The notes beneath the pieces were generated by a model, which ran no database searches, was not told the DNA's origin, and saw nothing but the letters and a program-made list of their open reading frames with translations. Positions 9,760-20,330 of a stretch of DNA of 64,000 nucleotides are shown here, in pieces; the stretch's first letter is position 1; every line of letters begins with the position of its first letter. Location: positions 124,001 to 188,000 of the IMG/VR virus record IMGVR_UViG_3300042386_001233; one strand, written 5' to 3'. The position numbers and the translations under genes were made by a program.

Positions 9760-10311
9760 TTATTCTTTCTTTGTTAAAACTACTTGGTAATTTAGTGGTT
9801 TTCTGTCATCATTATCATTGTCTAAAATTTTATCTATTTTTACATTAAACAAATCATTAAACAGTTCACGATATCCGTATTCAGATATTCTCCAATAGTC
9901 AGGAAAGGGATTATGAAGATAGAAGTGGAATGGGGAGGACAAAAAAATCTGTCCATTGTTATTCAAAATATTGTTTAGTACTTCTGGTAATAGCCATATT
10001 TTTCCGATATGCTCTATAACTTCACAAGCAATAATAATATCAAATTTTCCAACTATTTCTGGAGTAAGGTCTAATACATCGTGTATATAATCTGCTTTAC
10101 TGTCTAAAAATTTATCACATGTTTTATATTCTATGTTTAATTTTGGAAGTAATTGATTTTGCAAATTGATATAATAGTTTTTAACCGGAGTATATCTTAT
10201 ATCCATTGGACCAATTTCAAGAATTCTCATACCATCTTTGCATGAAGGTAGGATAGAATTTTGATAGAAGTTAAATACAGAAGATCTTAATTTTAATACT
10301 TCTGGTCTCAT
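9760..10311 (-). CDS. class I SAM-dependent methyltransferase
   Basis: ILEIGP, FDIIIACEVIEH, SPFHFYLH.PFPDYWR. Confidence 0.85.
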   Translation of the reverse strand: MRPEVLKLRSSVFNFYQNSILPSCKDGMRILEIGPMDIRYTPVKNYYINLQNQLLPKLNIEYKTCDKFLDSKADYIHDVLDLTPEIVGKFDIIIACEVIEHIGKIWLLPEVLNNILNNNGQIFLSSPFHFYLHNPFPDYWRISEYGYRELFNDLFNVKIDKILDNDNDDRKPLNYQVVLTKKE

Positions 10312-10625
10312 TTAATTTCTTTCATGATATTATCCCATGTACCATAACTCAAAGCCTTATCGTCGATCCAATAATCATATATGGGCTTACCGCAAATTAA
10401 TAAATCATATTTGATATCATGGGACTTTAACCAATGTTCAGTCATCTTATATTCAGCCCAACCTCTAGCAGTATATATTGTTATGTGATAATTTTGATAG
10501 TATAGATTATTGATACTCTTAATAGCATTTTTTTGTGGAGTAGCAAGATACTTGTTGAAGGTTTTTTCTTCAGTACAGATAGTACCATCCATGTCTATGA
10601 TAAGATTTTTATGCGTTTCTCTCAT
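10308..10625 (-). CDS. HAD-superfamily phosphatase (capsule-locus type)
   Basis: IIDMDGTIC, IYTARG, GKP.YDYWIDDKA. Confidence 0.85.
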   Translation of the reverse strand: MRETHKNLIIDMDGTICTEEKTFNKYLATPQKNAIKSINNLYYQNYHITIYTARGWAEYKMTEHWLKSHDIKYDLLICGKPIYDYWIDDKALSYGTWDNIMKEIK

Positions 10626-10628
10626 ACA

Positions 10629-11537
10629 TTAATTAAAGAATGTCTCTTTGTAGTATCTTTCCATCAATAAGTTATTGGTCCAAGATTTAGGCTGGTAGTT
10701 AAAATCATAATTAAAATAATCTTTTTTTATCAGACTTATGATGTCTAGTCCAGACTCCATAGATAAAACAGTACCTCCGCCAAACCTTGCATTTACTTCA
10801 ATAATAAATGGTTGATCGTTGTTGTCAATAATGTATTGAAAGCAAGCTGGGCCCCTTATTTTTAATTTTTCTCCAATAAGTTTTGAGTAATCATACAGAA
10901 TGTCTTTATGAGATGTTCTTGAAGTCAATACCTCTCCACCAGCAACTCGTATTCTTTCTCTAGTAACCGCATCTATAAACTTATTAGTTTTGTCAAAATA
11001 ACAATCTACTGAATATTCTTTACCGAAAATTTGTTTTTGTAAGATAAATTTGTTGCTATCTATGGACATACTTTCATTGACACTATTTATAGTAGTAATA
11101 TTATTAGAAGAAAATCCAAAAACAGGCTTGCATATCAAAGGAAAACTATCAGGAAAAGGATATAGTTCTGGAAAATATTTTGTTATAAAATCAGCAAATA
11201 GTTTTTTATTAAAACAAGTATGTGATGTTTCAGAGTTAGAGTTTAGAAATACTACATCAGTATTTGATTTGTTTTTTTGTTCTATTTGTGATAGTATACA
11301 AACGGCTTCGTCTTGTAGTGGTACTATAAGTTTAACATTATTTTTAATAGCTGTTTCTAGAATATCTTGTTGAACGTTAGGATCTTTCCATGACAAACCT
11401 ATAATTATTTTACATATTTTTGACAATGGAACATCTTTGCTAGTTTCGTATGAGATAATATTGAATCCATTATCTATAAATCTCTCAGCTAAGGATACTC
11501 TGCGTCCAGCACCAACAAGCATAGCATTAAATGTCAT
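10629..11537 (-). CDS. ATP-grasp ligase (polysaccharide-locus type)
   Basis: AGRRVSL, KPVFGFSS, GKEYSVD, IIEVNARFGGG. Confidence 0.85.
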   Translation of the reverse strand: MTFNAMLVGAGRRVSLAERFIDNGFNIISYETSKDVPLSKICKIIIGLSWKDPNVQQDILETAIKNNVKLIVPLQDEAVCILSQIEQKNKSNTDVVFLNSNSETSHTCFNKKLFADFITKYFPELYPFPDSFPLICKPVFGFSSNNITTINSVNESMSIDSNKFILQKQIFGKEYSVDCYFDKTNKFIDAVTRERIRVAGGEVLTSRTSHKDILYDYSKLIGEKLKIRGPACFQYIIDNNDQPFIIEVNARFGGGTVLSMESGLDIISLIKKDYFNYDFNYQPKSWTNNLLMERYYKETFFN

Positions 11538-12190
11538 TATATTGTATTCCAGAATTTGTGAGGTTTAGACATTAGATTTATGTGACTAGGATATTTTTTA
11601 ATATATCTATGATGGAATATGGGAGTGTCTTTAGTATCCAATAAGTCTACCAAACAGATGAAAGAAGAGTCTATGCAATGAATCTCTTTTGCATTAAGAA
11701 TAGTATAGATCCAGTCAAAAAACTTACCGTGAGTTGGTGCGATTAAAGGAAGATCATGATGGATAATATATGGGGACTTGGCTATACTATGATCATGAAC
11801 GAATATATATTCATTCTCTTTGATGTTCAAAGAATCAAACAATTTTTTTTCGTTAGCTAAATTTCTGTTGATATAAAATTTTTGATACTCATATTCAATA
11901 GGAACACTTGCCATTTTATAAAATTGAGCAATAAAATTTTCTCTTGCATGAAGCTGGAATCCAATGTATAAAACGTCTTTTAGTCGATTCTTTTGTATAA
12001 AATTTTGAACATACTCGTCATCACCAACTATTAATTCTAAATTAGTTATATCGTTATACATATATTGAACATTGTCTTTATTGTGTGGTTTAACAAATAA
12101 AGAAACCTTATCGTTCTGTTCGCAGTAATGTCGAACTATTCCATGACAAGATATATGGTCCCCAAGCCCAAGATGATGATATATATACAT
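11537..12190 (-). CDS. putative glycosyltransferase-like protein
   Basis: HHLGLGD N-terminus and EIHCIDSSF; lies within the glycan cluster. Confidence 0.5.
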   Translation of the reverse strand: MYIYHHLGLGDHISCHGIVRHYCEQNDKVSLFVKPHNKDNVQYMYNDITNLELIVGDDEYVQNFIQKNRLKDVLYIGFQLHARENFIAQFYKMASVPIEYEYQKFYINRNLANEKKLFDSLNIKENEYIFVHDHSIAKSPYIIHHDLPLIAPTHGKFFDWIYTILNAKEIHCIDSSFICLVDLLDTKDTPIFHHRYIKKYPSHINLMSKPHKFWNTI

Positions 12191-12828
12191 TATATTAAGT
12201 CTTTTTGATTTTTAGAATTTAAATATAGTTTTTCCATAGTATCATAGCTTGTGACATAATGAAATGTCATATATTCACTTATTCTGTCATAAGTTAGTCC
12301 ATAAAACTCAGGTAATTGACCCTTAAAGAGATTATTATGTTTAAGAGGTATCTTTTTATTTCTAAAATTAATTCCAATAGAAACATCACCATATTGGGTA
12401 TTGTTATAGGATATATTAATCATGTTTTGTAGAATACTGTTATGCATCAAATACCCTGCGCCCCCTGACGGATAGTACAAAGTAGTATCTTGGGGCCAAG
12501 TATTTATGATTTCTCCATGAATGTGGTTGTGTTCAGCATTGATGACGTAATTGTCTAAATTTGTAGTATTCACAAAAGTATCATTATCACAAAAAAAATA
12601 CCATTCATAGTTATTGAATTGATTTAATAATAGATTAAATACATTGATTTGTTTAAGTTGCCCAGACGAATAATCAGACCGTTCACAAACTTTATAGCAA
12701 TTATTTGACGAGTCGTCGTGATCTGAATAAAAAATAACTGAATTATTTTTGCCCCATGTATTGGTAATGTTCTTGATTCTATTATTTTGGTGTTGAGTAT
12801 GTATGATACAGTATAGTATATTTTTCAT
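12190..12828 (-). CDS. Fringe/GT31-like glycosyltransferase
   Basis: TWG...FYSD, YEWYFFCDNDTFV (DxD), YPSGGAGY, GDVSIG, TFH. Confidence 0.8.
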   Translation of the reverse strand: MKNILYCIIHTQHQNNRIKNITNTWGKNNSVIFYSDHDDSSNNCYKVCERSDYSSGQLKQINVFNLLLNQFNNYEWYFFCDNDTFVNTTNLDNYVINAEHNHIHGEIINTWPQDTTLYYPSGGAGYLMHNSILQNMINISYNNTQYGDVSIGINFRNKKIPLKHNNLFKGQLPEFYGLTYDRISEYMTFHYVTSYDTMEKLYLNSKNQKDLI

Positions 12829-13586
12829 GACATTCCGATAGTTTTGTTATACAAAGTTTTGTCTTCTATAAAGGTTATTTGTTTCTCTGAATCAATCAAT
12901 GGAGGTATTCTAAAATGATGCATTCTAAGCACTGAGTAGTCATGAGCATGTTCTGATTCGTCTACGACATACCCCAGATCATGAACAACCCCTCCGTGCT
13001 GTATTAGAGGAGTTTTTGCATAATCTGACTTGCATATACTCTTGCCTCGGTTTTTAAATTTTGTTTGATTTCTGGATTCATAGTCCCATCTTGAACATGA
13101 AGCTGGTTGATTTGTGATCCAGTTTGAAAGCGTATACTTATTGTCAACATCAAAAGAGTGGCAATAGATTCTGTCGATTTTTTTTGTTTCCATCATATTT
13201 TCTACAATATCTGAGATATTAGAATCCATATCAGATACCACATACTCGTCTACGTCTATTAAATAACATATACATTGTCCATATTTTATATTTGCTATGT
13301 CTAAGCCCCTAGATAGAGAGCGAACTATTCTGTAGTTACAGCTAACACTGTGACCATATAGCTCAGAATCTGTCGTGTCGAACATTTGTCCTTTACCGTC
13401 TGTAGCAAGTAGCTCTAAATCGATGCCGTATTTATTACATATCTCTATTATTCTTTTTTTGGAAGAGTCAACAGAAAAATCATCAAAAAATATTAAACAA
13501 TTAATACCTTGACTAGCATGATATGCTATCCAATTTTCTAGTCTAATTGACAAATTTCTTGCTTGGGTTATAATAACGTGTTTCAT
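12825..13586 (-). CDS. GT-A fold glycosyltransferase (GT2/GT92-like)
   Basis: LENWIAYH...G, FDDFSVDSS, IDVDEY, GKSI, MHHF. Confidence 0.75.
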   Translation of the reverse strand: MKHVIITQARNLSIRLENWIAYHASQGINCLIFFDDFSVDSSKKRIIEICNKYGIDLELLATDGKGQMFDTTDSELYGHSVSCNYRIVRSLSRGLDIANIKYGQCICYLIDVDEYVVSDMDSNISDIVENMMETKKIDRIYCHSFDVDNKYTLSNWITNQPASCSRWDYESRNQTKFKNRGKSICKSDYAKTPLIQHGGVVHDLGYVVDESEHAHDYSVLRMHHFRIPPLIDSEKQITFIEDKTLYNKTIGMS

Positions 13587-14683
13587 CTTATGATCTCTTT
13601 TATTCTAGATAATGCTGAACCTATAACTTGATGCATATCATAGTATCTATACTCTGCTAGTCTTCCTCCAAAGAACACTCTGTTATTTGTTTGGTTTAGT
13701 TTTATGTATTTACTATATTTTTCGTTATTCTCTTTGTTATTAACTGGGTATATCGGCTCTTCTGACCCTGTCCATTTTATAGGATACTCTTTGCTAATAA
13801 TAGTATTACTTTCGTTATTATTTGCAGTAAGATTAAAGTGTTTGTGTTCAATAATTCTAGTATATGGTATATTTTGATCAGTATAGTTAATAACACTATG
13901 ACCTTGATAATTATTTGTTTCTAATATTTTATGTTCAAAATAAAGAGGTCGATAGTCTAGCATACCGAATTCTAAATTATAGAACTTATCTACTGATCCT
14001 GTATATATTATGTATTTTGAGATATTGTCGTAATAGTTTCTTCTGTCAAAGTAATCGACATTTAGTTCTACAGTAGATCCATCTAATAATTTTTCAAATA
14101 ATTCTGTATAACCATTTTTAGGAATGCCTTGATATGTATCATGAAAATAGTTGTTATCGTATGTAAATCTTAAAGGTAGTCTAGTTATAATATCTGATGG
14201 CAGATTCTTAGGTTCTGTCATCCACTGCTTAATAGTGTACCCTTTTATTAATTTTTCGTATATATCGAAACCAACCATAGACAACGCTTGTTCTTCTAGA
14301 TTTGAAGGATTTCCGATAAATTTTTGACTATCTATGATTGATCTAGCTTGTTCTGGAGTTGTGGCACCCCAAAACTTGTTAAAAGTCCACATATTGAAGG
14401 GCAAAGAGTAGATTTCATTATTGTAATTAGCTACCACATGATGTTTGTAGTTGTTGAATTCAATAAATCTATTTACATAATCCCATATTTTTTTATTAGA
14501 GGTATGAAAGATATGTGCGCCATATTTATGGACATCTATATTATTTTGTTTATAGGTATAGCAGTTCCCTCCTATGTGATCTCGTTTGTCTATCACCAGA
14601 CAAGAGTATCCTGCGTCACTTAGTTCTCTAGCACATACTGAACCATATATGCCAGCTCCAATAATTAAAAAATCAAATTTCAT
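13583..14683 (-). CDS. glf: UDP-galactopyranose mutase
   Basis: GAGIYG FAD motif, HIGGNCY, HKYGAHIFHT, YQGIPKNGYT, YTRIIEHKHF, GGRLAEYRYYDMHQVI. Confidence 0.95.
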   Translation of the reverse strand: MKFDFLIIGAGIYGSVCARELSDAGYSCLVIDKRDHIGGNCYTYKQNNIDVHKYGAHIFHTSNKKIWDYVNRFIEFNNYKHHVVANYNNEIYSLPFNMWTFNKFWGATTPEQARSIIDSQKFIGNPSNLEEQALSMVGFDIYEKLIKGYTIKQWMTEPKNLPSDIITRLPLRFTYDNNYFHDTYQGIPKNGYTELFEKLLDGSTVELNVDYFDRRNYYDNISKYIIYTGSVDKFYNLEFGMLDYRPLYFEHKILETNNYQGHSVINYTDQNIPYTRIIEHKHFNLTANNNESNTIISKEYPIKWTGSEEPIYPVNNKENNEKYSKYIKLNQTNNRVFFGGRLAEYRYYDMHQVIGSALSRIKEIIR

Positions 14684-15336
14684 AAGGGTATAAATTTATA
14701 GAATTCTGGATGTCTTATATCATTCTCGTCGTAAACGTCTCCGACAAATTCAGTACCTTGTCTCATAGTAGGAAAAGGTTTTTTGTCAAAAAACTCATCA
14801 TGAACAACTTTATCGTTTTGTATGAGTGGATATAGAGTGTTGCCTAAAAATTCATAATCAGTTCCATATTTATCTTTGCTGACATAATTTTTAAGAAGTT
14901 CTTCTATGTTATATGTATCGTTTTTTTTGTATCCCCACATTCCTCCCAAAATGGGATATCCGTGATGAGGATGATCCCTCATTATGTGAATGGTTTTATT
15001 TTGCTTTAGCCAATAGTCAACAGCATATTTTTCTCTCATACTAAGACGACTATCAGTATCTCTGAATACACAAACATCAAATTCGGGATCAAAACAAGTT
15101 TGAAATCTCCAGAACAGATTGGACCACGAATCTGATCCATTCATTGTTTTTACAATCACATGATCAAATTGTTCTAGTTCTATTTTTGTTTGTTCTGGAA
15201 CAGATGAGTCGCTTATGAAGAATACACATTTCCATTCTGGATATATTATTGAAGCTAGTTTTGCATTTTTAATAGCTCCAACATTATATTTTGGATTATT
15301 TCCCCATAAGCTAAAAGCAATACATTTATTAGTCAT
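14680..15336 (-). CDS. conserved putative glycosyltransferase-like protein
   Basis: IAFSLWGNNPKY.VGA..N, FWRF, RDTDSRLS.RE, HIMRDHPHH..PILGGMWG. Confidence 0.6.
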   Translation of the reverse strand: MTNKCIAFSLWGNNPKYNVGAIKNAKLASIIYPEWKCVFFISDSSVPEQTKIELEQFDHVIVKTMNGSDSWSNLFWRFQTCFDPEFDVCVFRDTDSRLSMREKYAVDYWLKQNKTIHIMRDHPHHGYPILGGMWGYKKNDTYNIEELLKNYVSKDKYGTDYEFLGNTLYPLIQNDKVVHDEFFDKKPFPTMRQGTEFVGDVYDENDIRHPEFYKFIPL

Positions 15337-15910
15337 TTAACTTATTATTTGTTTTAGGAGGATAGTTATACACAATAACATCAAACTGTCCCCAAATATC
15401 ATCAATTAAATCAGAAACGAACTGCCAATTACCACCAGCTAGTCCGCTACCAAATTTAGGACAATGTATTTCTATCTTTTCGCTTTTATTAGAGAATCCC
15501 GTATTAGATTTAATATATTGAGATAAAGTATTCATTGACTTAACTAATGCCAAATAGTTTAAAGGTCTGATATTGTTAGTCCCTTTAACTCCATTTTGAG
15601 CTATCATATTAACAAAAAATAGTTTATGCTTAAATTTATTGTCTTCATAGACTTTTAGTATTTGGCTATATCCAAAATTGTTACGCAAAAAGTGCTTGCC
15701 TAGCAAGTGATAGTCTTGTTTAACTGAAGGATATTTTTCAGCTAACTGAGCGGCAAATCCAGCACCGAATAGATCTATATTATTACACACATGAGGAACA
15801 AATACCGTAGATCCATTATTGCCGGAACTTACTCTTTCTCTGATAGATTCAAAAAGATTTTGATTAGAAAATCTGTAGTTGGGTAATAGTTTATTTATTT
15901 TTATTGACAT
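15329..15910 (-). CDS. macro domain ADP-ribose glycohydrolase (Poa1p/TARG1/DarG-like class)
   Basis: HVCNN...FGAGFAAQL.EKYP, NMIAQ, IHCPKFGSGLAGGNW. Confidence 0.8.
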   Translation of the reverse strand: MSIKINKLLPNYRFSNQNLFESIRERVSSGNNGSTVFVPHVCNNIDLFGAGFAAQLAEKYPSVKQDYHLLGKHFLRNNFGYSQILKVYEDNKFKHKLFFVNMIAQNGVKGTNNIRPLNYLALVKSMNTLSQYIKSNTGFSNKSEKIEIHCPKFGSGLAGGNWQFVSDLIDDIWGQFDVIVYNYPPKTNNKLND

Positions 15911-15914
15911 TTGA

Positions 15915-16193
15915 TCACCTTTGAATTTTTGGCCATTTGCCAATAGGGCATTCTTGATCAGCCCATGCTAGTTTATTTAAGAATTTCTTCTTCTTACTCA
16001 AATAACATCCACATACATTGCACTGTTCTTTGTTTGCATTGAATTCTTCACATGTTTCACATACGTGGTATCTGTCTAGTATTTCTTTTTGTGTGGACTT
16101 TGGGAATCCTCCATAAATATGAAACCATAAGGACTTAATGAAGATCTGTAGTCTGATTAGGAACATCCTTCTTCCTTTCTTTAATGGCAACAA
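15915..16193 (-). CDS. small Cys-rich Zn-binding protein
   Basis: R..VCETC...QCNVCGC...K...ECPIGKW. Confidence 0.6.
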   Translation of the reverse strand: MLPLKKGRRMFLIRLQIFIKSLWFHIYGGFPKSTQKEILDRYHVCETCEEFNANKEQCNVCGCYLSKKKKFLNKLAWADQECPIGKWPKIQR

Positions 16194-16386
16194 TATTTGA
16201 ATCTTTATCTACTGTAAAAAGATCAATTTGTTCTATTATAAGATCAGGCAACATCCATTTTGTTGTTCCATCAATAAGAGAAACACATAAACGAGAGCCA
16301 TTTTTCTTGTAGTCTGTGGTGACTACATATTGGCATCCATTGTGCTGATAGCAATCACCAATTAATAATTCTTCTAAGTATTTCAT
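16135..16386 (-). CDS. hypothetical protein
   Basis: 83 aa ORF colinear with neighbours. Confidence 0.5.
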   Translation of the reverse strand: MKYLEELLIGDCYQHNGCQYVVTTDYKKNGSRLCVSLIDGTTKWMLPDLIIEQIDLFTVDKDSNIVAIKERKKDVPNQTTDLH

Positions 16387-16391
16387 ATTAA

Positions 16392-16604
16392 TTAATGATT
16401 GTAGTATCTATCCCAGTCTTCCCATTCTTCGTCTTGGAGATCTTCTTTGTGTTTTTTAACCTGTTTATTTATATCTTTAGGAGAAAAATCACCATCATCG
16501 TAACGTTGTTTGTTACGCTTCTTTTTGATTTTATCTCTTCTATCGAGTTTTCGGTCTTTTTCTGGAAATTCGTTGTTTGGTTTCATTGAAATTATAGTCG
16601 CCAA
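16392..16604 (-). CDS. hypothetical highly charged small protein
   Basis: 70 aa; basic N-half, acidic/aromatic tail. Confidence 0.5.
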   Translation of the reverse strand: MATIISMKPNNEFPEKDRKLDRRDKIKKKRNKQRYDDGDFSPKDINKQVKKHKEDLQDEEWEDWDRYYNH

Positions 16605-16617
16605 AAGTATCTTTTGT

Positions 16618-16698
16618 ATAGTAGCTCAAAAAAGTTTGATGTCAATAGACTCTTTAGGATTTTTTTATCTTGACCCAACGAGAGAAGAGAATTACTAT
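16618..16698. promoter_or_regulatory. divergent sigma70-type promoter pair at the strand switch
   Basis: Minus: TTGACA(16645-40)-N16-TACTAT(16623-18). Plus: TTGACC(16670-75)-N17-TACTAT(16693-98). Confidence 0.55.
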
Positions 16699-16752
16699 TA
16701 TGCAGGTCGGTGGATATAATATACTCTTTAGATACAATACCCTCTATCATCC

Positions 16753-18414
16753 ATGCTCAAATCTACCATCGTTACAGGAATATGGGATTTGGGCAGAGGT
16801 TCGCTAGGCGACGGATGGAGCAGGTCTTTTGATCGCTACAGAAACAACTTCTCTGTTCTGCTAAATAATATTAAAGATATTCCTACTATAGTTTTTATAG
16901 ATAAAGAACACGAAGATATAGTATGGAAATACAGAAGCAGAGACAACACAGCTGTTTATCATCATTCTGCTAAGGATTTTGATAATAATTTTTTCCCTTT
17001 TCGCAATCAAGTGGAAAAAATAAGGACAAATGAAGACTGGTTATCTCAAGCTGGCTGGTTAAGAGATAGCACTCAAGCGAAATTGCCATTATACAACCCC
17101 ATGGTAATGAGCAAGATGTTCCTATTGCACAATGCAAAAGTATTTAATCCATTTAGTAGTGAGTACATGTATTGGCTTGATGGTGGAATATCCAATACTG
17201 TTCACCCAGGATACTTTAGCCACGACAAAGTAATAGAAAAAATACAAGATATCACTAAAAAATTCCTCTTTGTGTGTTTTCCTTATGAAACAGAATCAGA
17301 AATCCATGGATTCGACATAAGAAAAATGAGAGAATACGCTAAATCAGAAGAGGTTAATAGGGTTGCTAGAGGAGGATTTTTTGGTGGACACATTGATTAT
17401 ATATCTGAAGCTAATAATCTGTATTATAGTCTATTGAATGATTCTCTCAATAACGGTCTCATGGGTACTGAAGAAAGCATATTTACCCTAATGACATATT
17501 TGCAACCAGAAATGTATCAACATGAAACAATTAATCATGATGGTTTATTGTCAACATTTTTTGAAAAAGTAAAAAATAATCAAACAGTTATAGAAGAAAT
17601 AGCAAAAAACAATCCTAGAAAAAAGCATTCAAATAACGAAACAGTATTATACATTAATGCTTTTAATTCTCCAGAACAATTACAAATGGTCTTGGATAGT
17701 TTTGAACTACATGATAACTCATTTATTACTCAAACAAAAAAGATTCTAATAAACAATAGCACAAAAGAAGATCTCTTCAGTAAGTATGATGCCATTTGCG
17801 AAAAATACGGATTTTCAGAGCAGATTAAAAAAGGAAATTTAGGAGTTTGTCGAGCTAGACAATTTGCTGCTGAACATTTCGCAGACCTTGGTTCTAAATA
17901 CATGATCTTTTTTGAGGACGATATGTTGTTAGATTATTCTATATCTAATTGTAATTTTGGTTTTAAAAAATCGACACCTAATTTATTAAGTAGTCTTATT
18001 CGTATAATGGACAATGAAGAGTATGATTTTTTGAAATTTAGCTTTAGCGAATTTTATGGACATAACGGAGAACAGTGGAGTTGGCATAATGTTCCTTCAG
18101 AATTACGAGTAAAATATTTTGGAGACGCAAAGAAAAAACCCCCAACGAAGTTCTCCTGCATAAAATCTTATAATGGCATACCTTATGCAGAAGGTGAGAT
18201 TTACTATTCAAATTGGCCCCATATAATAGATCAGGAAGGCAACCAAAAACTATTCTTAGATACTACATGGTCAAATCCTTTTGAACAAACGTGGATGAGT
18301 CACATATATACTCTAACAATTAACAATAAAGTTAAACCAGCGATATTATTAGCTAGTCCAATAACACATAATAGGGTTCATTTTTATGAAGCGAACGAAC
18401 GCAAAGAAAATTAA
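16753..18414 (+). CDS. HtrL/WlaTC-like domain fused to a GT-A glycosyltransferase domain
   Basis: TIVTGIWDLGR, YNPMVMSKMFLL, YWLDGG, GGFFGG, GTEESIF; C-terminal domain with NLGVCRARQ and FFEDD. Confidence 0.65.
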   Translation: MLKSTIVTGIWDLGRGSLGDGWSRSFDRYRNNFSVLLNNIKDIPTIVFIDKEHEDIVWKYRSRDNTAVYHHSAKDFDNNFFPFRNQVEKIRTNEDWLSQAGWLRDSTQAKLPLYNPMVMSKMFLLHNAKVFNPFSSEYMYWLDGGISNTVHPGYFSHDKVIEKIQDITKKFLFVCFPYETESEIHGFDIRKMREYAKSEEVNRVARGGFFGGHIDYISEANNLYYSLLNDSLNNGLMGTEESIFTLMTYLQPEMYQHETINHDGLLSTFFEKVKNNQTVIEEIAKNNPRKKHSNNETVLYINAFNSPEQLQMVLDSFELHDNSFITQTKKILINNSTKEDLFSKYDAICEKYGFSEQIKKGNLGVCRARQFAAEHFADLGSKYMIFFEDDMLLDYSISNCNFGFKKSTPNLLSSLIRIMDNEEYDFLKFSFSEFYGHNGEQWSWHNVPSELRVKYFGDAKKKPPTKFSCIKSYNGIPYAEGEIYYSNWPHIIDQEGNQKLFLDTTWSNPFEQTWMSHIYTLTINNKVKPAILLASPITHNRVHFYEANERKEN

Positions 18415-19702
18415 AGCCAAGACTCAAACAGCCACAAAGAGTAATAAAGTAGAGACTATTTTTATTCAGATAGCTTCGTATCGAGATCCTCAACTCCTCC
18501 CAACCTTGAGAGATTTGTTTAGTAAAGCAAAAAATCCAAATAATATCACTGTTGGAATATGCTGGCAACATTCTCCAGATGATACATGGGATGTCCTAGC
18601 AGAGTTTGAAAACGATCCAAGAATAAAAGCTATAAACATAGACTATAAAGATAGTCAAGGTGTTTGCTGGGCTAGAAATTTAGTTCAATCTCTATATAAT
18701 GGAGAAACATATACTCTACAACTAGATAGTCACCACAGATTCGTTCAAGACTGGGATGAAATCTTAATAGATATGCTAAAAGGTTTACAAAAAGACGGCT
18801 ACAATAAACCGTTAATAACAGCATATATACCCAGCTTCGATCCAGACAATGATCCCGCATCCAGAGTTCAAGAGCCTTGGAAAATGAATTTTGATAGATT
18901 CATTCCTGAAGGAGCAGTTTTCTTTTTACCTGCCTCTTTTGATTCTTGGGACGATAAAACCAAACCTCTTCCAGGCAGATTTTATAGTGCTCATTTTGCT
19001 TTTAGCGTAGGAGCATTTTGTAAGGAGGTTCCTCACGATCCTCAATATTATTTTCATGGTGAAGAAATTAGTATTGCGGCTAGAGCATATACTCATGGGT
19101 ATGATATATTCCATCCTCATAAGGTTGTTTGTTGGCATGAATATACCAGAAAGGGAAGAACCAAGCAGTGGGATGATGATAAAAAATGGGGAGACAGGAA
19201 TAATATCTGTCATCTACGAAACAGAAAATTGTTTGAAATGGATGGAGAAAAAAGAGATATAGATTTTGGCCAATATGGTTTTGGCACAGTAAGATCTTTG
19301 AGAGATTACGAAAAATATAGTGGATTATCATTTGGTAAAAGAGCTATACAAAAAAGAGTACAGGATCATCAAGCACCACCAGATCCAGAAACATCCTATC
19401 TACCCGATGAGGATTTTGATAAAAGACTATTAAGGATATTCAAGCATTGCATAGATATTCAATATGGTCAAGTACCAGAAAATGATTATGATTTTTGGGC
19501 TGTTGCTTTTAAAGATAAAGAAGGTCGAGATATATACAGGCAGGACGCAGATAAAGACGAAATACTACGTATTAAAAATGATCCAGATGGATATTGCAAG
19601 GTGTGGAGAGAGTTTCAAACAGAAGTTACTCCAACAAGCTGGTTGATTTGGCCTCATAGCTTATCAAAAGGATGGGCAGAACCGATTGTAGGGTATCTGT
19701 AA
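18386..19702 (+). CDS. GT60-like polypeptide GlcNAc transferase (Skp1-hydroxyproline GlcNAc-T-like)
   Basis: IFIQIASYRDP, GVCWAR, LQLDSHHRF..DWD, FYSAHFAF, EVPHDP..YFHGEE...ARAYTHGYDIFHP, WHEY. Confidence 0.8.
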   Translation: MKRTNAKKIKAKTQTATKSNKVETIFIQIASYRDPQLLPTLRDLFSKAKNPNNITVGICWQHSPDDTWDVLAEFENDPRIKAINIDYKDSQGVCWARNLVQSLYNGETYTLQLDSHHRFVQDWDEILIDMLKGLQKDGYNKPLITAYIPSFDPDNDPASRVQEPWKMNFDRFIPEGAVFFLPASFDSWDDKTKPLPGRFYSAHFAFSVGAFCKEVPHDPQYYFHGEEISIAARAYTHGYDIFHPHKVVCWHEYTRKGRTKQWDDDKKWGDRNNICHLRNRKLFEMDGEKRDIDFGQYGFGTVRSLRDYEKYSGLSFGKRAIQKRVQDHQAPPDPETSYLPDEDFDKRLLRIFKHCIDIQYGQVPENDYDFWAVAFKDKEGRDIYRQDADKDEILRIKNDPDGYCKVWREFQTEVTPTSWLIWPHSLSKGWAEPIVGYL

Positions 19703-20322
19703 AACGTCTTATGCCAATATTTTCAAATATTAGTGCTATTGGAGATTCTCATGTTGGTGCTTTTTCACCATACTGTAGATTATGTACTCTTGGTCCAGTT
19801 ACCATGTATTCATTGACAACAGATAAGCTTAATGAATATATTGTTTATTTGCTTGAACGAAAAGAAATAGATATTAATGGCTGGTGGATTTTTTGTACTG
19901 GCGAAATAGATATAAGATGCTTATTACACAAACAAATAAATGAGTACGGTAGAAAAGAGGACGAGACTATAGAAACATTGGTAGAGAATTATATATCCAA
20001 TCTATATAAGCTGAATCACACCAAGTTAGCCATATCAACCACAGTACCACCTGCAAAAACAGAAGGTTTTGAAGTTCAACAAAAACATACCATTAATTCT
20101 GACTACCCTTTCAAGGGATCAGATTCAGAAAGAAACAGATGGTCTCAAAAATTAAATCACTATTTAATAAATAAGTGCATAGAAAAAAACATTACTTATA
20201 TAGATATATACTCTCTATTCAAGAACAACGAAGGATTTTTAGATCATCAATATATAGACGCAGATATGATACATGTTTCAAAAAATGATAAAATTGTCAC
20301 ATTACTTAATAATTTATACTAG
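19672..20322 (+). CDS. SGNH/GDSL hydrolase-like protein
   Basis: IGDSH, GEIDIR, terminal DMIH (DxxH). Confidence 0.7.
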   Translation: MGRTDCRVSVKRLMPIFSNISAIGDSHVGAFSPYCRLCTLGPVTMYSLTTDKLNEYIVYLLERKEIDINGWWIFCTGEIDIRCLLHKQINEYGRKEDETIETLVENYISNLYKLNHTKLAISTTVPPAKTEGFEVQQKHTINSDYPFKGSDSERNRWSQKLNHYLINKCIEKNITYIDIYSLFKNNEGFLDHQYIDADMIHVSKNDKIVTLLNNLY

Positions 20323-20330
20323 GAGAAACT

